This document shows positions 25,350-39,260 of a stretch of 64,000 nt of DNA, one piece after another (within the stretch, counting starts at the first letter, position 1; every line of letters starts with the position of its first letter). The position numbers were made by a program, and so were the translations under genes. The notes below the pieces were generated by a model. That model did not search any database. It was not told where the DNA came from and saw only the letters and a program-made list of their open reading frames with translations. Source of the stretch: Octopus bimaculoides (taxonomy: Eukaryota); NCBI RefSeq assembly GCF_001194135.2, contig NC_068998.1, forward strand, positions 21,848,233 to 21,912,232, read 5' to 3'.

Positions 25350-27249
25350 TGTGTGTGTGTGTGTGTGTGCGTGTGTTTGTGTGTATGTATATATGGTTAT
25401 ATATGCAGGTAGAAATTTCTTCTAGTTTTCATTTATGAAATGCCACAAAAAATATTGCTCGTTATGTGGCTATGACTTAAAATATCTGCGAGCGTATCTG
25501 GCAACGCCTATCTATATAGTAAACCTGTTAACTAAATGAATAAGGTTATACCAAATGTTTTGAGAGGCAAATTTTTCCACCGGCGCAATGCTTGAGAAGT
25601 AATTTCTCATAATCCTTCAAATATCACTAAATAAGCTTTCGCAATAACCACGAAATAGCTTTTCTTTGACATTTCCCTTTTCTTATTTCAGTCATGAACC
25701 CACAGTCTTGCTTGAGGACAAACTTTAGGAACTTTTAACAAATGAACCTACTCCAATACATACTTTTTTCTGCCTGGTAATTATGTCTGGTAATTACTTA
25801 ATATGACTATATATGCGACGGGCACCTAACTGTTCCACTCCCATTATTTGGCCACCGTGAGGCTACAGTTTCCGAAGGTGCTACGTATGTGAGAAAGAAT
25901 CTGAAAGCATGTGGTGGGGGAGCAAAGTTTTGAACAAACCGCCAAGACCTGGAAACAAAACATCTCCATTGTAGGGTAGAAAAATCGGCGGAGATCCATT
26001 TCCATACCCAGTATGCGCAAAACCATGAAAACTTTACAAGGACCTAGTGGAATACATTATCAGACACAGAGTCCTAATCTACCTCAAATCACATCCTCAA
26101 AAAGGCGAAATATTTTAGTGTTGTGTAAGTTAGTCTATACCTAACAAAGTTCGGAATTATTCCGGTAATTTATATGTTGAAATACGGTCAGCTGCGTGTA
26201 AAATAAGAATAAGAACTACAGCATTAGCAGCTAATTTCAGCATCTGTTCTTTATATTACTGGAAAGGTTGCCAATGATTACAAAATATAGAAATATCAAA
26301 GTTCGATACTTTACAATAGTTATGCAGTGTAACCAAATACACTTTATATTAAATGTGTCAGCTTTATTAGAAATAGAATTTTAGAGTTGGCCATTGGCAT
26401 ATTACTAAATATGATTTCTATGAAATTAAATTTTCCTAACTTTTATAATACCAGCGAGCCATTACTTGTATTGCATGAATTCTCTTTCACAAATATAATT
26501 AATAAAACCCCTTTATATTTTAACAACCGGGTTGTGATGGTGTTGTGCTCCAGTCGCAGTCACTTAATTAGTCGACTGACGAGGGCCAGAACGCAGATAT
26601 ATGTTCCAATTTATACCGTCTTTCCACGTTGATGACTACTATATGTAGCGTCCAATATTAAGGATTTAGCATAGATGACGCAGAGTAACACTCTGGACTT
26701 CTGTTGCAAACTTTCCAACATCCAAAACAGAGACAAGTAAATTTGATTGAACTACAACATGGCAGTAACACTTCCTCTGCATTACATTTTGCCCGTGTGC
26801 TTCACAATAGAATGCTTGAAGCTACTAATGCTGTTAAAGCCACAAATATTAAGGTGTGCATATATTCTTTATGCTTATTTCATATGACTGCCTTTTAAAA
26901 GGCGCTGTTTTTGCCCTACAGTGTAGTATCCTATTGGTTTGTCTTTGTGGAATGTAGAGAGAAAATATTTCTTGCAACAGCAAACCTGCCACCTTGTTTC
27001 AAGTTTTAGCGTTTAATTATTTTATTTGTTGTTGTGCAGGTAGTATGTGTGTGTTACCTGCATGTGCATGGAGAACTGTTCTTCGTAATTTACTGTGGAT
27101 TGGTGTGGTAAAACCTGTAGCCCTGGCAAGAAAAGCTTAGTCTATAACGTACACCATTCTTGCTACGTTCCTTTAACCTAATACAGTATATGTATTTACC
27201 ATATATGTTGGCTCGTCTTCCTACTTTCTTTACGGTATCGCTTATGTGT

Positions 27250-28700
27250 TCTGCAAATGTTGTAGAGATGTTTTATTTAACTCATTCTAATTCAGATTTC
27301 TGTATGTGAAAAGGATGGTTTTGTGAAAAGAATGTCTGAAGATTTGGTAGAAGCAGCAGTATGGATGAGTATTTTAGAACGTTGCATATGATACGGGCGT
27401 AAGCTATACGTATGGTTTATGGAGGTGTGTATGCACTATATATGTAGTTTGAAAATCTTGGCGAGAGATGCATTTCTGTGGTACTTCAGTCTAAAAACTG
27501 TATTCACTGGATGTGTTTTCTTGTATAGTTGTAGGTCTATCGATTTATTCTTAATATTTGATGATTAGCGTTGCTTGAATGTATAGCAGGTGATGGATTT
27601 GGAAAATTTGTTGATCTTGATTGTGATTTGGATGTTATCTGTACTTACTTTTTTGCTGATGATGAATCATCTATTCTCTGATTTTGGAGTCGTAGGCTGC
27701 AATATAGCAATTAGAATCTGTATTGCAATTTGAAATTTGCAATGAGTGAATTAGTAAAAGCAAGTGTGTAAAAGCAAGTGTGTTTAGAAATTTTGAAGAT
27801 ATGCATAGCCTGGTGATGAGCTTTTATTTATATTCCTTTTTACTTAAGTAATTTTGGGAACTTAGCCACATATTTTCTTCAGTTCCAAATTCCATGTATT
27901 TGAAAATATTGAAACGAATAGATATTGCTACACAAGTTCTTGGAGATCTAGGTGTTTTTTTGCGATTTTCTCTGCCTTTGTGATATTTATATCTTTAGAT
28001 TTCCCTGTTGTTTGTTCTCACTAATTGAAATGTGTGCTCATGGTGTATTTGCTATTGCAAAGGAATGTTCGCTTTGTATTATATATGTCAATGAATCTTT
28101 TGGAAACGTCTTCAACTATCATTCGATTTATGTTGATATGGGAATATAATGTTTAGTATCGCGGCACATGACATTACCGTTTAATATTACTGCTATTGGA
28201 TACTCCATTGATTATTTGACCATTTTAAGTGTTTCATGATGGACAAGTTGTTTATTTCTCTTCAGGCATTTTATAATTTGAAAATATTTCATTTATATAT
28301 TCATTCTTGATGGTAAATCATATTTCAGTTGTGTATGGTGTTATGTTAATGCTTTTGATTTTGTATATTATCTTTTTACAGTGGCAATTCCTGGTGTTAT
28401 ATTTGAGGTTTTTGGACTATGTAGTGTTATGAGGTGTCTCAGATTTATCTATATGTATTTTGTTGAATGAATTTCCCTGAGCGACCATATTACTTGTTGC
28501 TATGTGGTTGAATTCTAAAAACATTGACTGTAATTCTTCTTTAGTTTATTCTGGTGTGCAAAATGCTTATTTTCCAATTTCGGCTGTACAAATTTGTAAC
28601 ACTGGAAAAAGTGTTGAAAACAGTGTTTTATACTTTCATCGTTGATATTGCACGCAGCATTTTTTTGTTTCGTACTAGATTTGTATGTTTTCTGGGTTAT
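27250..28700 (-). mobile_element. Highly decayed LINE ORF2 fragment (APE/RT)
   Basis: Strongly A/C-rich minus strand. Weak remnants VTNLYSR and NMVAQGNSFN (APE-like) lie upstream of NKSSSPG (RT NKAPG-like) in the expected order. Confidence 0.33.
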
Positions 28701-28768
28701 ATTTAAAAGCTGTTGTTCTGGGTTGTTAGTTGGAAAATATGGAAATCATAGTAAGATTTGAGTAGTCA

Positions 28769-28843
28769 TTTTATATAATTACTGTGTGTATATTTTTACA
28801 TAATTACTGTGTGTATTTTTTTTATATAATTACTGTGTGTATT
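28769..28843 (+). repeat. Three-copy ~25-bp tandem repeat (TTTTATATAATTACTGTGTGTA)
   Basis: ATAATTACTGTGTGTAT is seen three times in tandem. Confidence 0.9.
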
Positions 28844-29107
28844 GTTGATGTATTTTTCACATGAGAGAAATACTTGGGTATATGGAGCACAATTCAGCAT
28901 CTCTAATTTCTAACTGTTATCACCATGACTCATTCTTACATGTCATATTCAGTACTACTTTATTATACGTTTAATCGTCACTGAAGTTATCAGGATAGTA
29001 TACTAGAAATACTGTGTAAATTCGACTATTGTACATAGTTTTCTTTGATCTTATCAAGAAAAAACTTTGATACTGTTACTCGTGAATATCTGTGGAAATC
29101 AATAGTA

Positions 29108-29900
29108 CAGTCAAACCGTTGCGGCACAACTGGTCTGATGTCAAACTGTAGTGAAACCCTGACAAAACGAAGTAAAAAATTGCTAAAGTGACCATTCTTT
29201 TGTTTCTATCATTTCATCCACATCTGAACAATGTCGAAGTCTAAATATCTTTGGTGTCCAGTCACATACTGTAAATGTCATGCTTTGTGCTAGTGGCATG
29301 CATTTAATGTCAGAATGCAATTTCACCCGAAATACAGACGCATGAAACTGATGCATAGTGGAACTTGTGTTACTACAGCAAAGGCATACATTACCCACAT
29401 CCCGTCAAGCAGTTGCCTGCTTCAACAATTTGCGACGTGGGAAAATTGTAGAGCAGTGTAAATACATTTTCCGTTACGTACTGAATTCAAAATTCATGAA
29501 GAGATGGGGAATCAAATAGATGTGACAGCCGGCTTTGGTCGTCTGAGATGACGGGCTTATAAGAAAAGCAGCTTACAATGTATCAGGCACTTGTATGATC
29601 TCTATCGTATGTTTGTGGCATTTGGACAAGTTATAGGCAATATCTCAAAATCTGGAAATATAGTACCAAATATGTCTCAGAAGACTTATGCCCGCCTCGT
29701 TGAAGCACAGATTCGATGGAATGACTGTGACGTGCGAAGTCAAAATTGATGGTTACTCAAATAACTGAAGGGAAACGAACACATGCGGGAAGATCAAACA
29801 GAGCGGTTTAATGATATACTTATGTACATTTGGAATAATGTGTCATCAGTAATAAATGGGAGTTACTGTTCAATATCTGACCTGTAGTTTAGAGTTTGAA
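29108..29900 (+). mobile_element. pogo/Tigger-like DNA transposon remnant, internally deleted
   Basis: Starts TA|CAGTCAAACC, a typical pogo/Tigger terminus. CENP-B-like remnants: NIFGVQSHTV, HIPSSSCLLQQFA, SKFMKRWGIK; then VIGNISKSG and LMYIWNNVS. 3' TIR not clear. Confidence 0.5.
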
Positions 29901-32444
29901 TATGCATCATGGAGACTGAATATCTATCATGAATTGCAACATTTGAATACATTATGACGGAAATATCTGAATAGAAAAAAATAAGAACGTAGAAAAAAAT
30001 GTACCTATTTTCTGCTAAATATGAAATGCCCGGTATGAACCCATACTCATGGAACCTGTAGTGGCGTATATAATAACATACGGGTCCACACTAAAACTAG
30101 GTATAGTTGGCAGCATCCCTAAAAACGAGAGAATTGCTTATCTGAACATTATTACAGTCCATTGAAATAGCTGTTTCAATTTATACATTAATATATGACA
30201 TACTCAGTTATTTCCATTTCAGTAAATCAGACAAGATGTTTTTCGTAATTATATTCTAGGTTGCCATAGGTCTCCAGTTCAACATTTAATCAGGTTATTT
30301 TATAAGCTTATGGCTTTAAAATTGCTATTGGTTAAATGCAACACCACATGTTAAGATGAAAACGTCCGTTAATGACAACATATGGAAATAAAAAAGACTC
30401 AGGCAGAAATATTCGTGCAGTTTTTAAACATTTCCATATTGATATATGCCATATACATAGAAAAGTGAAAAAGATATAGAAATGTACTATAGTTGCTATA
30501 CATACCGAACTATATTCGTATCTTCAAAACACTTATCTGCTTAAACTAATATTGGCTTGAGCCATCTCATGCACGTATTTTCGAACAGCTGTCATCATAA
30601 ATATGAAAAATATAAATACACACAAAGCATATGACATTTACAACTCCATTAAAATACATTAAAATATCAAATCCACATTTTGCAATACCTAATTGCTCCC
30701 ACTTGGTTTTTAACTTAGGTTTGAATTTGAAATCATTTAAAAAATTTACGAAGGCTAGCGAACTCTTAAAATTAATTGTTTAAAAATCTGCTTCCAAATA
30801 TTAACTTAGAAGTGTCATGTCTAAGAGAGGAATGAAAATACATTTCAATGGACACAAATTTTAAATTCTTTCATTACCATATCTTGTTATCTTTGAGTAT
30901 TCTTTTCGTTCCTCATTTCTTTGTTTACCCCTTCTATATCATTGAATTGTTGACGATACAAAAGGTTAACATACGTACCCCTATAACATGTCTTGATTTT
31001 GTGCACTAGACAGAAATCAATTTTCGTAGTTAAATGAAAATATAACGAAGATGTCTAGAGTATAAACTAAATAAGTATCCAATATTGTCAGTATCCAATA
31101 TTGTCAGACTTTCCCATCAAATTGTTATTTTATGTAATTCTTAATTGAAATCCAAAGTTAATATCATTATGACTGCAACGCATCTCGACTAAAACTATAG
31201 TAACACGACTAATGTAGACCTTGTTAATTATCGCTACTTAATCTCAGTGTATTTATTTCTTTTCCTTACAATATAAATACACAAATCGGATTTTTATACG
31301 TCGTAAAACCTGCTGTAATCTGCTGTAATCTGCTGCCGAGTTGAAACAAGACTCTACATCGCATACTCAGAGACAAAATTCAATCAAAAGATCGTTTATT
31401 TTCCGGGTACTATAATTGTTGGCAAATAATTCAGTCTTCTTCTTTAGTATAGTAATTACCTAAATTTTTATGGAAAATTAATTTGACGAAAAAAGACGCG
31501 AATCGAGAAGAAGAGCATTATATGTTAAAAAAGCCAAAACCCTGATTTCAATTTTTAGGCTAAAATCTGCATTGGCGAATCTCCAAATCGTGATTTGTGA
31601 CATTAGTTTTAATTCAACCATTTTGTAGAGGAACATAACTGTTTCCAATGAATTGAAGCTAATGCTTCAATAATTGCTGCCCTAAATCAAGTCAGTTTAT
31701 ATACTCAACCCTTATATGTTTATTTATGAACATGATTGTAATACTCAGGTAATTCAAAAGTTATATGAGTACATTTTGACAACCAATTCTGGCAATCACT
31801 TCAGCACACAATTTTGCGTATGCATTGTTTGAGTAGCCTTTGTTTGAAAGAAACACTAGACACAATATTATGAAATTATAACACCATTAACAAGAACTCT
31901 GAAATGGTTCTAACATGTAATCATATATTTAATGCGCGTATTGGGAAGTTGGACAAAACCTGCGATGTTTAGTAGTATATCAATAATTTATTTACTTATA
32001 TATAGATTTTTTGATATTGTTATTGACATTATTAGTATTGCTTCATGTCTACATAAAGTAATTTGATAATAATTTGAATGCGTGCTAAATTATTTGGTTA
32101 AAAGTGAAACAGTTATACGTTAGATTGTATTTCCCATGACATACTATCATATGCATACTTGCAATACCCAGTTATAGAATTAATATTACATGTATTTCCA
32201 TAGTAGCAATATTATAAGTGAATGGATATGGAACTAAGTTGATAGTACGAACAAACCGAACAAACTGAAACATTACAGACTAGCCCATGAACAACACAAA
32301 AAAATCCTTTCAATTCTACCTTGCTCTTCCTTTCTCCCACTCCAACCAGCCTCCCACACTGTTCCTTAAAATAGCCAGCACTCCCTACCTTACACACAAG
32401 AGAGAAAATATGTCAAAAAGATGGGTCAGTTCCATTCCAATATT

Positions 32445-32795
32445 TTGTAAATCCTTAAATATATGTATTTTAATACTTAAACTGTTTTTAACATTTTCTT
32501 ATTATTATCAGAGAATGTATATTTGTATCTTAATATTTTTGTGACCATCAGTCCTTAACACTACAAAGCTTATACAAAGCTTTATATTTTAAACATATTC
32601 TTTTTATTATATTCAAATAATGTTTATTTTAATACTTAAACTGCTTTTTAACATTTGCTATTATTATTAAAGAAAAACTATATATGTATTTTTATATATG
32701 TATTTTAATGCTTAAACTGTTTTTAACATTTTCATATTATTATCAGAGAATGTATATATATACATGTATTTTAATACTTTTGTGACAACCAGTTA
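32445..32795 (+). repeat. Three degenerate direct copies of an AT-rich ~60-90-bp unit
   Basis: TATTTTAAT(A/G)CTTAAACTG.TTTTAACATTT..TATTATTA at ~32467, ~32625 and ~32701. TATTATCAGAGAATGTATAT...TTTGTGAC is shared by the first and third copies. Confidence 0.85.
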
Positions 32796-32991
32796 AATAT
32801 TGAGTAAATTTTCACTTGCATATATCGCGTGAGCTGGGGCTGAAAACAGAATTCGTACAGAAGCAATTGTATTTCATCATTATATAGATGAGAAAAAATG
32901 TCCTTTGCCTTCTTCTTTCTGTTTGTGTGTGTGTGCATATGTGTGTATGTATATGTATGTGTGTTTATCTGGTGAGAGGAAGAGAGATATA

Positions 32992-33027
<36 letters not shown>

Positions 33028-33388
33028 NNNNNNNNNNNNNNNNNNNNNNNNNNNNNNNNNNNNNNNNNNNNNNNNNNNNNNNNNNNNNNNNNNNNNNNNN
33101 NNNNNNNNNNNNNNNNNNNNNNNNNNNNNNNNNNNNNNNNNNNNNNNNNNNNNNNNNNNNNNNNNNNNNNNNNNNNNNNNNNNNNNNNNNNNNNNNNNNN
33201 NNNNNNNNNNNNNNNNNNNNNNNNNNNNNNNNNNNNNNNNNNNNNNNNNNNNNNNNNNNNNNNNNNNNNNNNNNNNNNNNNNNNNNNNNNNNNNNNNNNN
33301 NNNNNNNNNNNNNNNNNNNNNNNNNNNNNNNNNNNNNNNNNNNNNNNNNNNNNNNNNNNNNNNNNNNNNNNNNNNNNNNNNNNNNNNN

Positions 33389-33421
<33 letters not shown>

Positions 33422-34755
33422 AAGAGATGTACAGCTATTGTATATTTAGAATAATAATCCGTTATCGGATTTGAAAGCGCTGAAAATGTAAATAAGATGT
33501 AAATAAAAAAAAAAATATATAATCATTAAACATTCTGACTACCTTATTATTCTACATACACGTACACATACACACAAGTACAAATATTAACTGGAAGACC
33601 AAAACAGCAAAGTTGTTAACATATAGCTGTGTTGTGCACTTTGAAACCTACTTAGCTTCACTAAATTGCTACAAAAGTTTCCAATTAAATCATCGTGCAT
33701 TTTTAACATATTTCACAAAAGAATTACCACTGGTATTAGTGTGCGATGAAACGAGGTTATGCATAAATATTACCAGTATATGTGGTTTCAATATATGTTT
33801 ACCTTCAACGTTAGCCAGAAGTTTTTGTGCAAATTTTCTTGGTTGTTTTTTTCCCACATTCCCCAAGCAGACCTTTTTCATAAAGCAAGAACTCTTCTTT
33901 GTCATTGCTTTTGAAACTTAGTTTATATTTTGTAACGTTTGTAATCTATTAACTTTGACTTGCTGGAACACATATCCTACTTACTTGAAATTATAATCAA
34001 GTAATCGGTTTACATTCCACCATCTTTTCAAGTAATTTTCCAATTTAGATGCCATATCTTCCAGCATATTGTTTAATTTCGTCTTTATTGATTCCTTAAT
34101 TTTTATTTTTTAAGCATGTAGAAAATTTTCACAATATTTTCTGTGCAGCACTTTCGCTAAAAGACGACAGATATTCAAAAATTTACAGTCTGAAACAGCG
34201 TCATGTTTCATTCTCTTTACTGATTCAGTAATTAGGATGGAATAAGTTTTGCTCTAAATTCAATAGGATAAAAACTGAGTAGTTGCCATTATAACGGATC
34301 AACGGATTTGCGGTTTACCGTGTTGATTTGTGGCATATATTCAGCGATAATAGATATGACGGAGAGAAGTCGCAAGAAGGCTTATATAATCATTTTTCTA
34401 GAATACAAAATATAGTATATTATGAATGGGTGAAGCAAATCCTAGCCGGAAGCTATATATATATATATATATANNNNNNNNNNNNNNNNNNNNNNNNNNN
34501 NNNNNNNNNNNNNNNNNNNNNNNNNNNNNNNNNNNNNNNNNNNNNNNNNNNNNNNNNNNNNNNNNNNNNNNNNNNNNNNNNNNNNNNNNNNNNNNNNNNN
34601 NNNNNNNNNNNNNNNNNNNNNNNNNNNNNNNNNNNNNNNNNNNNNTATATATATAGGCACATGCGTATTTGCGTCGTTACTTTGTATCCCTAAGATACAT
34701 TTACATACATATGTAGATATATGTATAATAATGTATATATATACATATATATATA

Positions 34756-34791
<36 letters not shown>

Positions 34792-34939
34792 CACACACAA
34801 CTATATGTATATATATTTATAAATATATTTATGTATATCCATACATAGGATGATACATACACATAGACGCGCGCGTGTGGTCACACACGCACGCATGTAC
34901 ACCCATCCACACATGTACACCCACCCACATACACATACA

Positions 34940-35216
34940 AGTAAAGACCCAATTTGATTTCGAATGACCGTGGGATTGCAGTTAGAATGTTCCCCTCGAA
35001 AGCACAAGTCCGGGTAAGGTTATTTGTGGAAGTCTCACTTCTCTACGCACACAATATTGTCTCAGGGAAATATAAAGTCCTGATGTAGCTTGAGCAAATT
35101 GGAGCAACGTCAAATAAAGTTTTTTGTTTAAAGAACACTACACACAGGCCGGTCTGGGAATTGAACTCAAGTCTTACGACTGTAAACCCGACGCTTTAAC
35201 CACTAAGATATGAGAC
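34940..35216 (-). mobile_element. tRNA-derived SINE family C with CORE-like domain
   Basis: Minus strand: TATCTTAGTGGTTAAAGCGTCGGG (A-box-like), GAGTTCAATTCCCAGACC (B-box), then TGTGTAGTGTTCTTTAAACAAAAAACTTTATTT.ACGTTGCTCCA (CORE-like). Confidence 0.7.
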
Positions 35217-35408
35217 TATGCTTTTACAAAAAATTATGCATATCTATATATAAGGTTATATAGATATATAAATATGTATGTATAGTATTGTACATATCTC
35301 TATATGTATTAATTAATTTAGGCTCTAGCCACAAACGCACACACAAACATACACACACATATACAGTAGCGAACAAAGAAAGGGAACAATTGCTATTTTT
35401 CTTTTTTA

Positions 35409-36891
35409 TAATTTCGGAAAAGCTACTAAACGTACAAATTCTCAATTAATTTCGTAAATACGGTTAACCATTAGCTAAATTCTATGAAATGTCTAATTTT
35501 GAACAATGGTCTTAAGAAAAGTTAATAACACTAATATTAGTTTCGTCCAAATGTCTCACGTGCAAAATAAGAGAACGATCGAACCAAAAATTGATCCAAT
35601 TAACTCAAGACCATAACAATGTTTGAAAGAAATGTAAATATAAACTTAATGCAGTTAATATCATGTTTGTAGATCTTTGTTGCAGATCACCTCTGCACAT
35701 AAGAAGTTTTCTGCACAATTAATGTGTTACTTTCTTTCATTCCCCTTCTAATATCTCCCATAAATTCGTCGTAGTAGTTGGTGCCCTTTGTGTTACTTTG
35801 TCTCCAAGTATATTTCAAAGGTTTTCAATTGAATTGAAGTCTGGACTTTCTGCTGGCCACGTCATTACTTGGACATTTTGTTCGCTAAAGAATCCAGTGA
35901 CACGCTTGGCAGTATGACAATGCACAGTTGATTCAGAAACATTCCTAATGATGGGATCGCATGCTTTTTAACCAAATTCAAATAGACATTAGAATTAATA
36001 GTACCTTTAATCTGCACCAGGAGGCCAAGTCCTTCAGAAGAAATCATTCCCCACACCACGAGACTTCTTCTTCCAAACTCAGCAGATTTCTGCAGGCACT
36101 TGGATTTTAATCGATCTACTGTGAAACGCCTAACATAGTGTCTACCAACTGAACCTACTAAATTGAATTTGCTTTCACCACTAAAGTCATCTTTTGAACA
36201 ATTTTCATCCATCCAGTTCACATGAACATCTGAAAATGAAAATCTTTCCCATTTGTTCTTCTTGCTAATCTTAGAATTCGTTGCTGGAGAACAAGTCTTT
36301 AATCCAAATGCCTTCAGACGACGAGACACCCTAAACCGGCTCACCTTTGTACCATTATTTTTTTCTATTTTCTTAGAGAGTTCTGCCACAGTTTCGAAAG
36401 GATCCTTATTTGCGTACTGTTTCATGGCTCGATCATCACGCATGATGGTTTTTCGTGGTCTACCAGTTGCCTTTTTCGATTCAAATCATTTAGTCTCTTT
36501 ATAGAGCTTATGAACACGTGAAATTACACTCTTAGATCTCCTTACGTCTCGTGAAATGGACGAGAGAGTCATTCCTGAAACTTTCATCCTGACAATTTCT
36601 TTTCGAAGATCGGAAGTAATTTTAGATTGGTGTGCCACGTTCGGCAGCTGAGACGGTAGTAACGTTGAGCCTGCAAATGCAAACAATGTTTGCAATATCC
36701 AGAAATTTCTGAAGGAATTTAATCGTTCTTTTATTTTGCGCATGAGACATTTGGACGAAAATAGTGTTAATGTTATTAACTTTTATTAAGACCGTTGAAC
36801 AAACTTAAATTTTCAGAAAATTTAGCTAATAGTTAACCGTGTTTACGTAACAAATTACGAATTTTTACGTTCACTAGCTTTCCCGACATTA
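35409..36891 (-). mobile_element. Tc1 (DD34E) transposon with long (~170-bp) imperfect TIRs, inactivated
   Basis: 35409-35580 is an inverted match to 36721-36891. ORF: KITSDLRKEIV...ATGRPRKT...FSGESKFNL...SLVVWGMIS...GTINSNVYL, then a frameshift to HCHTAKRV...MTWPAESPDFNSIENL*. Confidence 0.92.
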
Positions 36892-36939
36892 CTCGTTCTC
36901 TTTTTTGACTCGCTACTCTAATATTTCTGTGTAATACTA

Positions 36940-37745
36940 CGTCCGGTCAAAAAGTATCGGGACTGGTGTTATAAAGTGAAAACCCCGGTATAATAGCAGC
37001 GATTCCCATTTTCTTTGATCAGACCTCGTAAATACATTAAACAGAAATATTCGATATCAAAATACCACTTTCAAATGCACCGTGACCTATTACGATGCTC
37101 CATATTAAGGCAATATACGCATAAGTATTGAACCATCCCATATATATAATGCGTTTTTTTTTTCAAATGCATGAACTAAAAGTCGGACAGGGACGGAATA
37201 AACTTGCTATAAAAAAAGGTAGTAATTTTAACTTGTACTTATCCTCAGCGCAAGTTTTGGAGAGTGCATTTCCATTGTAACAGTTATTCTTTCAAACATT
37301 TATGAGTTCAATAAAGGCAAAAACGCAACGGGAAGTGCAAGTTATATTATTGCAGTATATGGAGATGGAACAATATGCGTAAACTAGGGTGAACGATGGT
37401 TCCAGAAACTCCGAGCCGGGAACTACAGTCTAGAAGACGAGCCTCAACCTGGAAGATCTCTAGAGCTCGACGAAGATGTCCTAAAAACCCTGGGGGGGAA
37501 CAAAATCCCATCGTAACTGTTGAGGAACTAGCAGAGAAGCGTTCCGACTCTAATCGCGCGCAGAATGAATGTGTGCTCTTCTTTGATGTCACGTGTCACG
37601 AATGGACCTTTTTTTGGATCGAATAGTGATTGGTGACGAGAAGTGGGTTCTCTACAAAAATATTAAGCATCGAAGACAGCGGGTGGCGAGAGGAGAGACA
37701 CCGGAACCCCAGGCTAAAGGAGGTCTTCACCCATGTAAGATATTT
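36940..37745 (+). mobile_element. mariner (DD34D) transposon, 3'-truncated
   Basis: Begins TA|CGTCCGGTCAAAAAGT. YEFNKGKNAT, AVYGDG, RWFQKLRAGNYSLEDEPQPGR, QNPIVTVEELAEK, FLDRIVIGDEKWVLYKN, KGGLHP. Ends before the second and third catalytic Asp. Confidence 0.88.
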
Positions 37746-38297
37746 CCTCCGTCTGGCCGCTTTTCTTTCCACAAAGCGAGAAGTTACATTGCAGAATTGT
37801 CATGTTAACGAGTTGTATTTATTTATCACCCGCCGAGATACGTCTGCAACACCGGAATCAGATTTTGAGTATCCTAGCCATGAATGAGCGATGCTAGATA
37901 TGTCGAAACACATGTCATGATTAATAAGAAATCTCGTATATTCAATCTTCCGTTTNNNNNNNNNNNNNNNNNNNNNNNNNNNNNNNNNNNNNNNNNNNNN
38001 NNNNNNNNNNNNNNNNNNNNNNNNNNNNNNNNNNNNNNNNNNNNNNNNNNNNNNNNNNNNNNNNNNNNNNNNNNNNNNNNNNNNNNNNNNNNNNNNNNNN
38101 NNNNNNNNNNNNNNNNNNNNNNNNNNNNNNNNNNNNNNNNNNNNNNNNNNNNNNNNNNNNNNNNNNNNNNNNNNNNNNNNNNNNNNNNNNNNNNNNNNNN
38201 NNNNNNNNNNNNNNNNNNNNNNNNNNNNNNNNNNNNNNNNNNNNNNNNNNNNNNNNNNNNNNNNNNNNNNNNNNNNNNNNNNNNNNNNNNNNNNNNN

Positions 38298-38360
<63 letters not shown>

Positions 38361-39009
38361 TATACGGGTCACACAAACAAAACAAGGCAATAAACTATTA
38401 AGTAGATCGATAATTAAATATCTTTTCATATATACACTTAAGAGTGGGTTTGAATTTGTTTATGCACTCATCTCGTGTTGTTATTTGCATAGGCAAATAT
38501 ATAGAAGCACGTAAATATAGTGAAAAACATAGGAAGATACACATATAACAATGCAACCCAATTCATATATATATATATATATGTGTGTGTGTATATGTAT
38601 ATATATAATCCATTTATGAATTTAATTAAACAAATGACATAATACATCAAAACATATAACGATAAGAAATATAAATCACCCAAGTATTAAGCGCTATGTC
38701 ATATTTTCTGTAAGACAAATAACATTTTGTGTGCTTCCTACATATGTTTACTTTAAATATTTCTAAAACATGAATAAATCAATTAAATTTTTTATTGTTC
38801 TGCTCTATATAATCTTTAACATATGTTTTCAACTTATTTTCGTGTTTATCTAATAGAATGAAGATTTACTGATTAGAGACAATGCATTCTTTCTATTTTA
38901 TTCTTTCTAAATATGTTCATGAAATAAAATTTAATGCCCCTTCGTCTGATACAATAACTATAGATTATTTATAGAATATAATTAGGTTATTACGCGTTAA
39001 ACCATACGA

Positions 39010-39125
39010 CGACTACGACAACAACTGCAGCAAAATCAAGAACAGAAGAACAACAGAACAACAGCAGCAGCAGCAGCAGCAGTAACAACAACAACAACAA
39101 AAACAAAAACAATCATAATAATAAT
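39010..39125 (+). repeat. (CAG)n/(CAA)n/(AAT)n trinucleotide tract
   Basis: Seen directly. A comparable (GTT)n/(GTA)n tract is at ~56120-56225. Confidence 0.9.
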
Positions 39126-39260
39126 ATTTCTAATACAGACACAAGGCCCCGGTACCCAACTTTTACTTATTTTATGGACTTCGAAAAGATGTTCTCAGCG
39201 GAATTTCAACTCGGAACGAGAGGACAGACGAAATACCGCGAAGCCTTTCACACGGCGTGA
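39126..39260 (-). mobile_element. SINE family A, internally deleted copy
   Basis: ACAAGGCCC...GCGGAATTTCAACTC.GAACG...GACAGACGAAATACCGC.AAGC is the reverse complement of the 16419 copy. Confidence 0.75.

Noticed and set aside
25830-26140. Possible hAT or LINE zinc-knuckle fragment (RRCYVCEKESES; ILKKAKYFSVV)
   Set aside because: The motifs are too short and point to different families; cannot assign without a search.
31073-31104. Short tandem duplications (16-bp AGTATCCAATATTGTC x2; similar 10-16-bp cases near 14450, 27765, 31310 and 48650)
   Set aside because: Ordinary replication-slippage duplications; no CRISPR-like repeat-spacer structure.
33600-34140. Possible LINE RT fragment on the minus strand
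   Set aside because: Lys/Asn-rich frames without a diagnostic RT motif.
37745-37940. Possible second mariner end (...AAGAAATCTCG|TA at ~37937)
   Set aside because: It does not match the 36940 TIR, and the adjacent gap prevents evaluation.
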